Of a stretch of 64,000 nt of DNA, positions 9,086-18,436 are shown in pieces (position 1 is the first letter of the stretch; each line of letters starts with the position of its first letter). The DNA comes from a bacterium. Lineage in GTDB: Bacteria > UBA10199 > 2-02-FULL-44-16 > JAAZCA01. A program made the position numbers and the translations under genes. The notes under the pieces are model-generated. The model had not been told where the DNA came from. It saw nothing but the letters and a program-made list of their open reading frames with translations, and did not search any database. The DNA lies in contig CAXXGI010000001.1 in assembly GCA_963674695.2 (NCBI GenBank), positions 320,001 through 384,000 on the forward strand, read 5' to 3'.

Positions 9086-12000
9086 TTATCGTCTGAGGAT
9101 TGTCTTCAGATATGCTGCGCGTTCCTGCAGAAAGAGGATATAGCCGAGCGTGAATCGATAGGGATCCTCGCTCAATCCCTCGGCATAGCGCCGCTCGAAT
9201 GTGGCCCGATTGATGCGCTCGGCCTGTGCCGCCGTCGGCTCCATCTCGACCGCCATCATCGGATCGCCTATGCCGCCGAGCACCTGACGATCGACCACCT
9301 CATCGACTTTGTTCTCCAGAAGAAAGCGATCATACTCCTGCGAAAAGGGGAGATGCATCTGCGTCGGTTTCCACCCCTCGCCCACATCCGCCATATGCTG
9401 CTCGAATTCGCGATTGGCCCGATCGATCACCTCGCCATAGCGATCCTTTTCGCGTTGGAGAAGATGACTGCGCGTCGCACGCAAGGAAGTGAGTTTTTTG
9501 GCCGAATACTGCGGACTCATCTTCATCAGGGTACACCCGCGTGGATTCGACGGCGTGCGCAAGCCTTTCTCGACCCACCCCACATCCTGTTCCGGGCTCA
9601 AGCGGTTGAGAAACTTCAGTTCAAACTCCTGCCGTTCGATCTCCTTGGCCTGCGGGTCAATACCCTTGTATTCCGGCGCGTGCGCGTAGCGCACGATCTC
9701 GGCATAGGACTCATAGGCTGCGGTCAGATCCGCATAGGCCTGCTGCACACGTGCCACTTCAGGCACCGTCGCGTTGGAGGGAATGGCAGCTAAATCCAGA
9801 TGCCGCAGAGCTTCAATCGCCTCATCGTATTCGTGCATGGCACCCGCCAGCGCCTCCTTCCGCTCGGAAATCGTGTAGCGCGCCACCGCATACGCCTCGG
9901 CACGCGCGAGCCCCTCCATGATCAGAAATTCCGCGAACAATTGATAGGCGCCGCCGGGTTTGATCCCCTTGAGTTTGGTCACCGCCCCCATCGCGCGCGT
10001 GATATAGCGCGCACTCGTGAGCAACGCGATCGTATTGCCGAATCGTTTGAGATCGATCTTGCCGGTGCGGACGACCTCGATCGCCTCCACGGTGAGCAGC
10101 GCGCCCAGCGTCGATCCCAGGCGCAGCGCCCCTCCCCTCCAACCGGTGTAGGTCTTGCCCAACGCCGCCCGGTTGAATGCAAACCCCTTTGTCGTCTTGC
10201 GCAGGAGGTTCTTGTGTTCAAGCGCCACACGCATGCCGGTGTCGAAGGTCATCGCGCCCTTGGTCATCGCCGCCCAGGTGGTGACGATCGACGAATCGAT
10301 CCCTTCGAAGAGCACATCGGCGTCCCCCGTCGCGCCCGCGACGACGGCATTGACGAAGAGTTTGGAAGCGACCGCTGCCGTTCCGAATGCGCGTGCCCCG
10401 TGCGCGAGGCGATAGCCCGAACGATATCTCGCGCGCTCTTCAAACGAGGGGCCATCCACCCAGACGACCTTTTCACCGCTGGCCTTGGCCTGGTCGATCG
10501 CCCTCGGGAGCGTATCCTGCGTGAGCGGCAACAGGTCCGGCGTCGTGCCGGCAACTCCGCGATTGAGCTTGGCCACGCCGAACTGGACCTTCAACGTCGT
10601 CTCCGGCCGTTCGGTCGTTTCCCGTGGCTGTTCATCGAAGAGATAGAGTTCGTTGCCCTGGCCGCCCCCCTTGAGTCGATGCACGTGGAGACGCTTGATC
10701 GGCAGCTCCTCCAGAGCATTCACCTCATACCCCTTCGGCCTCACTCCAAACTCGCGATAGACGATCTCCTGAAACGCCGAATCATTATAGACCTTCTTGA
10801 TTGTCGTGCGATGGGCGAGCCTCGCCCCCGGCTTGGCCGGCTTGAAGATGACGCGCCCATCGTTGCGCACGCTATAGTGCACGCCGTTCCACTTTCCGCC
10901 CGGCATCGCCGTCTTTTCCGTATAGGCATAGGGCCTGTTCTCGTGCACGCGCTCGATCTCATCGGCCACCTCCGTGACGGTGGCGATCACCTGCGCCTTC
11001 GACATCGTCTCCTGCGCACGCACCTTGATGCGAAACTCGTCGCCCCCCTTCTGGCAGAAGACCTCGACATCGAGACCACGTGACTTGAACCCTTCGATCA
11101 ACCGGGCGTACAGTTTTCCAAAGACCGGATCATGCGGGCCATCCTGATAGACGGCCGAACTCATCGCAGCATTGGCCTTCCAGATCTCGGCCTCGATCAG
11201 ATATTCCTGGCCCGCCCCCTTGGACTGAGTCGTTCGCACATCGACCACCGACTTCTTCACCGCGACGAAGGAACCATCCTCATGCTGAAAGCGAAAGACA
11301 TGGAAGGCATCCTGGGCGCGCCCCGCGAAGCGCTCAGCCACCGGCATACGCGCCGGGTCGACCTCGGCCGGAGGGTGTTCGAGATAGCCGAGCAGCGCAC
11401 CCTTCGCGGCATGCAGTTGTAATTTCGTGTCCGAAGTCGGCGTCTCCCGATGCGCCTTCGCGGCGACATCGAATGCGGCATAGAGCTTCTCCACGGTCTC
11501 GGCGTGGCGTTTGACGAGACCATAGTAGTGCAACTCGCGATTGATATCGCCGCTCTCGAGACGCGTCTGATCGACGACATCCCTGCCATGCCAGAGGGGC
11601 TCATTGGGAAGCCGATCCGCCTCGGCGGATTTATGAATGTCAGGAACGGTCGTGCGAAACATCGAGAAGAGTTTGCGCGACGTCGACCAGGCCTTCTTCG
11701 CGGAGACCCCATTCCCGTCCGCGCGTCCATCGAGCACAAGCGCCTGGTTCGGATTGAATCGCTTGGAGGCGATGTCCTCCCCCTGATGCAAGCGCCCGAG
11801 AAATTCCATCGCCTTCTCATAGGCCGTCCCCTTTCGGCTGCCTGGTTCAGGCACATCTTTTGGATCGAGGACGAGCTCTTCATAATAGCCCGCCAGCGGC
11901 AGCGGCGCACCGCGCACGACCGCATCCCCATCGACGATGCGCTTGGCGTCGCGCTGCAGGCCCTGCATCGCTGCCTGGGCTTCAGGGAGTTCCACATCCA

Positions 12001-13105
12001 TGGCCAGAAAGGTCATGTTCTTGAGCTGGGTCACGTTGTCAGCGGCCTGTCTTCCGCTGCCATCCAAACCGCGCTGCCAGACGCGACGACCAAAAACCTG
12101 GTTGAAGCGCTCGCGAATGGAGAGGCGCACGCGATCGCCCGCACCCTGCCCCCCCTTGCCGTCGCGCTTATTCAGATCCGTCATGTTCATGCCGAGGTTA
12201 AAACCCGTGATGCGGATCTCGCGAGCGAGCGGATTGCCCCGAGCAGAACGCGACGTACACAGGTGTTCATACGCGCGACGCATCTCCTCTTTATTCGTGA
12301 TCGTCTTCTCCGTTTCGATGGCATGCTCCACCTCGATGCGCACGGCCTCCACAAACGACTCGGTGCCGTATTCGTTCGCAAAGCGCACAGAGCCCATATC
12401 CTTGGACACCCGTTCGATGGCGGCATCTTCGAACGCAAAGAGGCGCTTCTGCTGATAGATGCGGTTGACGACATACTCGAGCGCCTTGCTGCCGTTGAAT
12501 CCCCAGCTCGTCCCTTCGCCGTAGACCTCAGCGCTGGCGTTAAGAAACTGGGTGAGCGCCTGGCGCATGCGCGCATGTTTCTGCGGGGAGAGTCGCTCGA
12601 CCTCTTCCGGCGAGAGGCGCAGAAAGGCCTGGAGTTCCTCGAGCCCCTCGCGGCCGAGGCGCACGAGCGGTTCAAAATCATGATTGACCCCGACGCGACC
12701 ATCCTCGAGGTGACTTCCGCCGATCCCCTCCTGAACAAACTGAGCGGACGGATCACGCGGCGGACGCCCGACGGCATAATCGACCGCCGCGGACGGTACG
12801 CCGCCGCCGCTGCGCAGTTGGTCGAGGATATCTCCGTAGATGGATGCCGTATCTGGAATCGGCGGCGAGGTTATCCCTGGAACATCGCTCGATGCGTCGG
12901 CAAAAAGCGCGTGCTGGCCGGGCATGATGACGGGGCCCGTCGCCGGACAGGACGGCGCCGGCTCCATCATCGACGTGGACATCATCTCCGCATCGCAGAC
13001 GACGTCATCCGTCTGCGGCGCACACGAACTCATGCAGGGATCGCAGACCGGCTCCGGTCGTGACACCCCGCCCTTGGGAATGGTGTTGTCGCCCCCGCAA
13101 TACAT
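9086..13105 (-). CDS. Large orphan (~1339 aa) with GGDEF-like motifs, hydrophobic helices and coiled coil
   Basis: Long uninterrupted ORF, GGAGG RBS before ATG 13105; QKGGDEF, TLKVQFGVA, AIDQAKASG motifs; Cys/Pro-rich N-terminus. Confidence 0.8.
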   Translation of the reverse strand: MYCGGDNTIPKGGVSRPEPVCDPCMSSCAPQTDDVVCDAEMMSTSMMEPAPSCPATGPVIMPGQHALFADASSDVPGITSPPIPDTASIYGDILDQLRSGGGVPSAAVDYAVGRPPRDPSAQFVQEGIGGSHLEDGRVGVNHDFEPLVRLGREGLEELQAFLRLSPEEVERLSPQKHARMRQALTQFLNASAEVYGEGTSWGFNGSKALEYVVNRIYQQKRLFAFEDAAIERVSKDMGSVRFANEYGTESFVEAVRIEVEHAIETEKTITNKEEMRRAYEHLCTSRSARGNPLAREIRITGFNLGMNMTDLNKRDGKGGQGAGDRVRLSIRERFNQVFGRRVWQRGLDGSGRQAADNVTQLKNMTFLAMDVELPEAQAAMQGLQRDAKRIVDGDAVVRGAPLPLAGYYEELVLDPKDVPEPGSRKGTAYEKAMEFLGRLHQGEDIASKRFNPNQALVLDGRADGNGVSAKKAWSTSRKLFSMFRTTVPDIHKSAEADRLPNEPLWHGRDVVDQTRLESGDINRELHYYGLVKRHAETVEKLYAAFDVAAKAHRETPTSDTKLQLHAAKGALLGYLEHPPAEVDPARMPVAERFAGRAQDAFHVFRFQHEDGSFVAVKKSVVDVRTTQSKGAGQEYLIEAEIWKANAAMSSAVYQDGPHDPVFGKLYARLIEGFKSRGLDVEVFCQKGGDEFRIKVRAQETMSKAQVIATVTEVADEIERVHENRPYAYTEKTAMPGGKWNGVHYSVRNDGRVIFKPAKPGARLAHRTTIKKVYNDSAFQEIVYREFGVRPKGYEVNALEELPIKRLHVHRLKGGGQGNELYLFDEQPRETTERPETTLKVQFGVAKLNRGVAGTTPDLLPLTQDTLPRAIDQAKASGEKVVWVDGPSFEERARYRSGYRLAHGARAFGTAAVASKLFVNAVVAGATGDADVLFEGIDSSIVTTWAAMTKGAMTFDTGMRVALEHKNLLRKTTKGFAFNRAALGKTYTGWRGGALRLGSTLGALLTVEAIEVVRTGKIDLKRFGNTIALLTSARYITRAMGAVTKLKGIKPGGAYQLFAEFLIMEGLARAEAYAVARYTISERKEALAGAMHEYDEAIEALRHLDLAAIPSNATVPEVARVQQAYADLTAAYESYAEIVRYAHAPEYKGIDPQAKEIERQEFELKFLNRLSPEQDVGWVEKGLRTPSNPRGCTLMKMSPQYSAKKLTSLRATRSHLLQREKDRYGEVIDRANREFEQHMADVGEGWKPTQMHLPFSQEYDRFLLENKVDEVVDRQVLGGIGDPMMAVEMEPTAAQAERINRATFERRYAEGLSEDPYRFTLGYILFLQERAAYLKTILRR

Positions 13106-13162
13106 TTCGTGCACCTCCAAACAGTCCCCTCCCGCGTGAGAGGGGGCTCCGCTCTTTGGAAA

Positions 13163-13178
13163 TGCAAGAATGGGTCCA
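13163..13178 (-). promoter_or_regulatory. Putative sigma54 promoter of the large orphan
   Basis: Minus strand TGGACCCATTCTTGCA (GG-N10-GC with TTGCA). Confidence 0.45.
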
Positions 13179-13320
13179 ACAGGGCAGGCAAAGCACCAGC
13201 GTAACTGGCTAAATTATAATGTCTTTTATGTTATAGAATTGCGCATGCCGCGCCAAGAGGTGTCGCGAGCCCCCATCGAAGGGGAATGGAGCATCCAGAG
13301 TGGAAGGGGAAACGAACCGA

Positions 13321-14394
13321 TCAGAGCGCGGCGTGGGCGTCACGAATGAGCCGACGCTCCTGGGAAACGGTGGGGAAGAGTCGTTCGATGCGCACGATGG
13401 CCTCACAGACAGCAGCGCTGGCGAAGACCCCATGCCGAAGAATCGAGCGGGCCAACGATCGCGCGCAGGCCTTGCGCACACGCCAGTTGTCATCGGAGAT
13501 CGCCGCGATGAGCGCCGCCTCGGATTCCGGGCTCGCCCAGAGCGGCAGCGCCTCGGCCACAACCTCGCGCGTCATCGCATCGGGATCCTGTTCGAGCATC
13601 GCGCAAACCACGATATTGGCGCGCGCCTCGGGAGAGAGGCGAAGCCCTCGCACGGCCGCCTGACGAATGAAGGGATTGCGCTCGTTGCGAACACGCGTTG
13701 TGCGCGAAAGTATTTTGAAGGCGCGATCGGCAATCTCGGGAGGAAAGTCGATCAGGTAACGCCCGAGGGAACGAACCGCCTCAGCGCGCACCCGAACATC
13801 GCTGTCATGCGTCGCACGCATAAGCACCGGCAGGGCATCACGGTGAGCGATGAAACCGAGGGCCGCTGCGAGGCCTGCGCGAAGACGCGCCGGCACATGC
13901 CGCTCGAGTGAGAGCAGGTCGATCATGATCGATGCCGCCTCCTGCACGCCCATCAATCCGAGCGCGCGCGCCGCCTTCTCGCGCACGCGTACCGAACGAT
14001 CATCGGTGAGCGATGCGATGAGCGAGGGATGGGCGCGCTCGTCGCCGATCTTCCAGAGAGCCCAAGCCGCCTCCTGCCGCACGCACTCGTCGGTGTCACT
14101 TGCCAGCGCAACCGTGAGCGGCACGACCGCCTCCGGGACCTTGACGCCATCCACATAGGCGATATCGCCGAATGCGCGCGCAGCGGCGACCCGCTCGTTC
14201 CGACGACCCGTGCGCAGCACAAGCAGCAGCCCGGCGATGCGCTTGCGTGTGGGCTTGCGATGATTCCGGGTCACGACGGGCAACACGCTCACACGCGCGG
14301 TCGCTTCGTCGTCGACTATCGGCGCAGAAGCCGTGGTCTTCTTCGGAGAACGATCCGGTGCCTCATGGACGAGGCTTTCGAAGGAGGTGGACAT
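13321..14394 (-). CDS. HEAT-repeat (PBS lyase-like) protein
   Basis: Repeats VRQEAAWALWKIGD, VREKAARALGLMG, VRAEAVRSLG, VRKACARSL; start 14394 or 14400. Confidence 0.9.
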   Translation of the reverse strand: MSTSFESLVHEAPDRSPKKTTASAPIVDDEATARVSVLPVVTRNHRKPTRKRIAGLLLVLRTGRRNERVAAARAFGDIAYVDGVKVPEAVVPLTVALASDTDECVRQEAAWALWKIGDERAHPSLIASLTDDRSVRVREKAARALGLMGVQEAASIMIDLLSLERHVPARLRAGLAAALGFIAHRDALPVLMRATHDSDVRVRAEAVRSLGRYLIDFPPEIADRAFKILSRTTRVRNERNPFIRQAAVRGLRLSPEARANIVVCAMLEQDPDAMTREVVAEALPLWASPESEAALIAAISDDNWRVRKACARSLARSILRHGVFASAAVCEAIVRIERLFPTVSQERRLIRDAHAAL

Positions 14395-14402
14395 GTACAT
14401 CC

Positions 14403-14429
14403 TTATCGCGGTTTGCTCAAAAAAGTTGC
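14403..14429 (-). promoter_or_regulatory. Recurrent sigma28-like motif, copy 2
   Basis: Minus strand GCAACTT-N13-GCGATAA, 8 nt before ATG 14394. Confidence 0.7.
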
Positions 14430-14545
14430 GGGGTTTATACCACCGTTCAACGCCAATACAGCCACATCAAATCAACACTGCAAACAGATGGGCACATCAA
14501 GAAACCCCACTTTTGGGGGACCTCTCAGAACGGCCCAGATGATAT

Positions 14546-14574
14546 AAAAATCCCCGCCCAGACGGGCGGGGAAA
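14546..14574 (-). terminator. Intrinsic terminator after rnpB
   Basis: CCCCGCCC/GGGCGGGG stem followed by T-run on minus strand. Confidence 0.75.
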
Positions 14575-14583
14575 ACGGAGATA

Positions 14584-15043
14584 TGCGAGACCTGTAAGCC
14601 GAGTTCTGTTCGGATCTTTTGAAAGACCCGAAACGGTCATTCATCTCGGTCCATCGTCACCGATGGCCTGTAGCAACCGACCCCCGAGTTCTCCTTGCGG
14701 AACGATGCGGATCGCATCTCTCTCGGTGCTTGGTCTTGCTCCCCATGGGGTTTGCCGTGCCGTCTCCGTCGCCGAAGACGCGGTAGGCTCTTACCCCACC
14801 TTTTCACCCTTACCTTGACTGAAGTGGGAAGTGGGAAGTGGGAAGCGCAAGAACGATTTCCTTCTCACTTCCCCCTTCACACTACAGTCAAGGCGGTCTA
14901 TTTTCTGTGGCACTGTCCGTCCCGATTATCTCCGACATGCGGCTCGGGCCTGGGTGTTACCCAGCATGGTATCCTGTGGAGCTCGGACTTTCCTCCGAGC
15001 ACTCAACCGAGGTTGAGTGCTTGGCGACCGTTCAGTCTCGCAC
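14584..15043 (-). ncRNA. rnpB: RNase P RNA (type A)
   Basis: Minus strand GAGGAAAGTCCGAGCTCC, AGTGCCACAGAAAA, GGTAAGGGTGAAA, ACAGAACTCGGCTTAC; P1 GCGAGAC/GTCTCGC. Confidence 0.97.
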
Positions 15044-15059
15044 TGCTCATGTCAAAGAA

Positions 15060-15467
15060 CTACCCCGCCTGTTCATCCATGGCGAGGTTGGCCAACTTAT
15101 CCGCACGCTTATTTTCTTCGCGCCGAACGTGATTCATCGCATAACTCCCGAACCCGCGCAGGAGCGCCATCGCCTTCAGATAGAGCGGCTTGAGCCCCTC
15201 GTTTTTCACACGGTACTGTCCACCGATCTGGCGAACGATGAGCTCGGAGTCCATGTGAATGCGCAGACTCGTTGCGCCGAGCCTCTTGGCCTCTTCAAGC
15301 GCCAGGAGCAGCGCATGATACTCCGCCTGATTGTTGGTCATCTCGCCCAGATACTGACTGACCTCCGCGACGGTCTTGCCCTTCGCATCGACGAGCGTCG
15401 CGCCGGCACCGGCCGGTCCGGGGTTGCCTCTGGCACCGCCGTCGGTATGGATGATGATTTCGGTCAT
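15060..15467 (-). CDS. rnhA: Ribonuclease HI
   Basis: TDGGARGNPGPAG, TNNQAEY, DSELIVRQ, HVRREENKRADKLAN. Confidence 0.96.
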   Translation of the reverse strand: MTEIIIHTDGGARGNPGPAGAGATLVDAKGKTVAEVSQYLGEMTNNQAEYHALLLALEEAKRLGATSLRIHMDSELIVRQIGGQYRVKNEGLKPLYLKAMALLRGFGSYAMNHVRREENKRADKLANLAMDEQAG

Positions 15468-15766
15468 GATTCGGTCAGGCCAAAGCGGGACAAGAGTTTT
15501 TTCTCTTCGAGCGGCGAGAGATAGGAGATGGCATTCTTCGTCTTGGGCGAGAGGTGCCGACTCTTGCGAATGGCCTCGACCTCGTCCTTCTGCGTCGCAT
15601 CAGCCTGACGGCCGAGCGTTTCCCCCAACTCGCGCAATAATGCGCGCACCTCAGTCTCGGTCACCCCATCGCCCAACGCCTCGATCGAGGAAAACCGTTC
15701 GTGGTCGGAGAGGTAGAGCAACAGCTCCGCTGCAGCGTCCATGGGCATGGTGCTCAACTTGATCAT
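15464..15766 (-). CDS. Small hypothetical protein translationally coupled to rnhA
   Basis: GGAGG RBS; ATGA overlap with rnhA; helical. Confidence 0.75.
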   Translation of the reverse strand: MIKLSTMPMDAAAELLLYLSDHERFSSIEALGDGVTETEVRALLRELGETLGRQADATQKDEVEAIRKSRHLSPKTKNAISYLSPLEEKKLLSRFGLTES

Positions 15767-15781
15767 GAAAAACCTCCCGGG

Positions 15782-16525
15782 TCAGCTGTCGGCTTCTTCG
15801 TTTACGCACGGCTCCTCGCCGACGTAGAGGAGGCGTTGACAGCTGGGACAGATCTTCAAATCGACGCGGCGGAGCATTTCATTGTGGAGCTGCGGGGGAA
15901 TGCGCCGCGAACACCCCTGACAGACACCGCTACAGACGGGCACCAATACATCGCTATAGTGCCGACGAACAGCGTCGTATTTGCGCAGGATCATCTTATC
16001 GATCCCGGTCACGAGTTCTGGGCGACGCTTTTCATCGACCGCCATATGCTCACGGAGGGAGGCCTCTTCCGCCTCGATCTTCCCACGTGCCTCCGTGTAG
16101 GCAGATTCCTTATCGGCAAACTCACCCTCAAGTTGCGTGATTTTTTGCGTCAGCGACTCGATTTCTTCCATGCTCTGCAAAATGCGATCCTCGCGATCGC
16201 GATTGAGCTTCTTGCCGTCGGAAACCTCCTTGATCGCCGCCTGATACTCCTTGTTGGTCTTGATGGCGTAGAGCTTCGACTCACGGGTGCGCAGGGTTTC
16301 TGTCGACTCGGCCAGATTGGCCTCATCCTCCTTCTTCGTCGACTCCACCTCGACGAGCTTTGCGCGCGTCCCCTCCAGATCGGCCTTGACCGACTGATAG
16401 GACTGCTCCACATCGCGCATCTTCTCCGGCAGATCAGCGATCTGCTGGTTGAAACGCTTCAGATTGGTATCGATATCCTGCAATTCTCGAAGAAGGGTGA
16501 GTTGCTCGTCAAAAGGCGTGCCCAT
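15782..16525 (-). CDS. Coiled-coil C4-type zinc-ribbon protein (DUF164 / zf-RING_7)
   Basis: LRELQDID N-terminus, long coiled coil, CQGC...CPSCQRLLY; AGGAG RBS before ATG 16525. Confidence 0.92.
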   Translation of the reverse strand: MGTPFDEQLTLLRELQDIDTNLKRFNQQIADLPEKMRDVEQSYQSVKADLEGTRAKLVEVESTKKEDEANLAESTETLRTRESKLYAIKTNKEYQAAIKEVSDGKKLNRDREDRILQSMEEIESLTQKITQLEGEFADKESAYTEARGKIEAEEASLREHMAVDEKRRPELVTGIDKMILRKYDAVRRHYSDVLVPVCSGVCQGCSRRIPPQLHNEMLRRVDLKICPSCQRLLYVGEEPCVNEEADS

Positions 16526-16678
16526 CGATGCTCCTATCTTTTCAAGGGTTTGCCTATCTACGCCGAGTGCCATGCCTTGTCAATCCCCCAAAAGCACCGA
16601 TTTAGCACACATTTGCGCCCGCCATACAGAAACGCTTGCCATCGAGACGCCTGAAAGCTAAGAATCCCCCGCTTCATA

Positions 16679-16751
16679 GGGCCCTTAGCTCAATTGGTAG
16701 AGCCCCCGGCTCATAACCGGCTGGTTCCCCGTTCGAGTCGGGGAGGGCCCA
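16679..16751 (+). tRNA. tRNA with CAT anticodon, most likely tRNA-Ile2 (lysidine type)
   Basis: Cloverleaf GGGCCCT/AGGGCCC, D arm GCTC/GAGC, loop CTCATAA, T arm CCCCG-TTCGAGT-CGGGG; paired 1-72 excludes initiator; CCA not encoded. Confidence 0.93.
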
Positions 16752-16753
16752 CA
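16709..16753 (+). repeat. attL core
   Basis: GCTCATAACCGGCTGGTTCCCCGTTCGAGTCGGGGAGGGCCCACA. Confidence 0.93.
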
Positions 16754-16816
16754 AGTTTTTCCAAAGAGAACGGGAGGTTGGCCGCGTGCCGATCTCCCGT
16801 TTCTCTGTTGGAGAAA

Positions 16817-16840
16817 TTTTGGGGCCAATTTGGGGCCAAT
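16817..16840. promoter_or_regulatory. Putative integrase arm-type sites (left)
   Basis: TTTTGGGGCCAATTTGGGGCCAAT, identical copy at 32166-32189. Confidence 0.7.
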
Positions 16841-16851
16841 GATTTCCTCGT

Positions 16852-17952
16852 TCACACATTGACGGCATCCCTTCCGAACGAAGCCTGCATTACATTGTCA
16901 GTCCGAAAACACACCGTATCCGCTTTATCGACAAGGAACGACTTCGACAAATGTGCATAGCGCTGCGTCGTCTTGATGTCGCTATGCCCCAGTATCTCCT
17001 TCAAATGGAAAATATTCCCGCCGTTCATCATGAAATGGCTGGCGTAGGTATGCCGCAGGTCGTGAAAACGAATCTTCCGCACCCCCGCCTCCACCGCGTT
17101 CTGCTGAAACTCGTGTGTGACATTTGCACCATCCAGAGGCTTGCCGGTTATCGTGAATACCAGTTCCTCTTTTCGCTTTACCTTCATCTCCCTCAGCATA
17201 TCGTGGATTGCTGAATTGATGGGAACATGCCGGATCTTCCACCCCTTCGTCGTCTCCTTTACCTGCCGTTGCGTGCCACAATACGCCCTCCGTACCGTGA
17301 TGAGGCGGTTCTGAAGATCTACTTCGTGCCACCCAAGGCCAAGAATTTCCCCCATGCGCATCCCCGTATTCATGGCGAAACGGAAAAGCCGAGGGATCGC
17401 CAGGCGTCCCGAACCCTCATATTTAGCCTCCACATGCGTTAAGAAGCACAGCGCCTCCTCCTGGGTCCAGAAAACCACGGGCGGAACCTGGGTTTTGAGC
17501 AAACCCACGATACTGACCGGATTCGACACCGCCCAGCCGCGTTTAATGCCAAAATTGAAGATCGCGCGGGCCAGTTCCAGATTGCGGTTGACGGTGCTGC
17601 GAGAGAGACCCTTTCGCATCAGATCCAGTATCAGGCCCTCAATCTGACGGGGGGAAACGTCCCGTAACGCGAGATGGCCAAATGCCGCCAAGAGATAATC
17701 CCGAAGCATTTGACGATCTGTCTTGAGGCTTGTAGGAGCCTTGTGGGTTTCCGCGTGCCTCATAAGCCACTCCTGTGCAGCCTGATGAAACGTGAAACGC
17801 ATCTCATCCGGAGTCGCCGACAACTGCATCTCACGCTCGTACTGCTGGGCATCGTACATCCGCGTAAAGGTCTTCGAGTGCCTCTTTCCCTCTCTCCAGA
17901 CGCGTACACGATAAGCCATCCCCTTCTTTAGTTTTTTTCTTATAATCGACAT
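16852..17952 (-). CDS. Tyrosine recombinase/integrase
   Basis: TGMRMGE, K, HDLRHTYAS, LGHSDIKTTQRYAH catalytic motifs; RBS before ATG 17952. Confidence 0.97.
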   Translation of the reverse strand: MSIIRKKLKKGMAYRVRVWREGKRHSKTFTRMYDAQQYEREMQLSATPDEMRFTFHQAAQEWLMRHAETHKAPTSLKTDRQMLRDYLLAAFGHLALRDVSPRQIEGLILDLMRKGLSRSTVNRNLELARAIFNFGIKRGWAVSNPVSIVGLLKTQVPPVVFWTQEEALCFLTHVEAKYEGSGRLAIPRLFRFAMNTGMRMGEILGLGWHEVDLQNRLITVRRAYCGTQRQVKETTKGWKIRHVPINSAIHDMLREMKVKRKEELVFTITGKPLDGANVTHEFQQNAVEAGVRKIRFHDLRHTYASHFMMNGGNIFHLKEILGHSDIKTTQRYAHLSKSFLVDKADTVCFRTDNVMQASFGRDAVNV

Positions 17953-18146
17953 CCGACACTCCTCTTTTTGAGCCATGTCGCGATGTCGGTTAAATCAAAA
18001 CGAATATGACGACCCACCTTGACGAACGGAATGGAGCGCTTATGCACCCAGTCCCGAAGCGTCGAAACAGGCACGTCGAGGTATTCTGAAAGTCGATTGA
18101 TTGACCATAGGTTATCAAAGAGCGGGGTCGTTGATTGCTGGCTCAT
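17940..18146 (-). CDS. Excisionase-like HTH protein (HTH_17)
   Basis: LSEYLDVPVSTLRDWVHKRSIPFVKVGRHIRF; overlaps integrase start. Confidence 0.9.
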   Translation of the reverse strand: MSQQSTTPLFDNLWSINRLSEYLDVPVSTLRDWVHKRSIPFVKVGRHIRFDLTDIATWLKKRSVGCRL

Positions 18147-18148
18147 GG

Positions 18149-18427
18149 CTATTCCTCTATATCGGTGTCTGCAACACCATATTTGGCGGCGCATTTCTCA
18201 CACATATCATGAGCCGAAAGGCCCTTATCTTTGATTATATTCAACCACTGCTCGTATGTTGTGTTTCGAAATGGCCAGACGACGAATGGATGATCTGCGC
18301 AATATCGAGCCAATTCCTCAGGACTATCAATAAAAGGCGTCAGTTGAGGATATCGACCATCGTCAGTTTCGACCGTCGTAAGGTAGATTGCCCAGCCATC
18401 CTCTGTTCTCATGGCACTTGGTCCCAT
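18149..18427 (-). CDS. Hypothetical protein
   Basis: GGAGG RBS, packed in island operon. Confidence 0.6.
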   Translation of the reverse strand: MGPSAMRTEDGWAIYLTTVETDDGRYPQLTPFIDSPEELARYCADHPFVVWPFRNTTYEQWLNIIKDKGLSAHDMCEKCAAKYGVADTDIEE

Positions 18428-18436
18428 AATTCCTCC

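Noticed and set aside
8658-9086. 142-aa ORF containing VIPAKAGI
   Set aside because: Translation of the REP palindrome, antisense to a real gene.
14695-15132. ORFs over the rnpB region
   Set aside because: Region is the RNase P RNA gene on the minus strand.
16679-16751. Initiator tRNA-fMet call
   Set aside because: G1-C72 paired and no run of three G-C pairs in the anticodon stem; Ile2 preferred, though elongator Met is not fully excluded.
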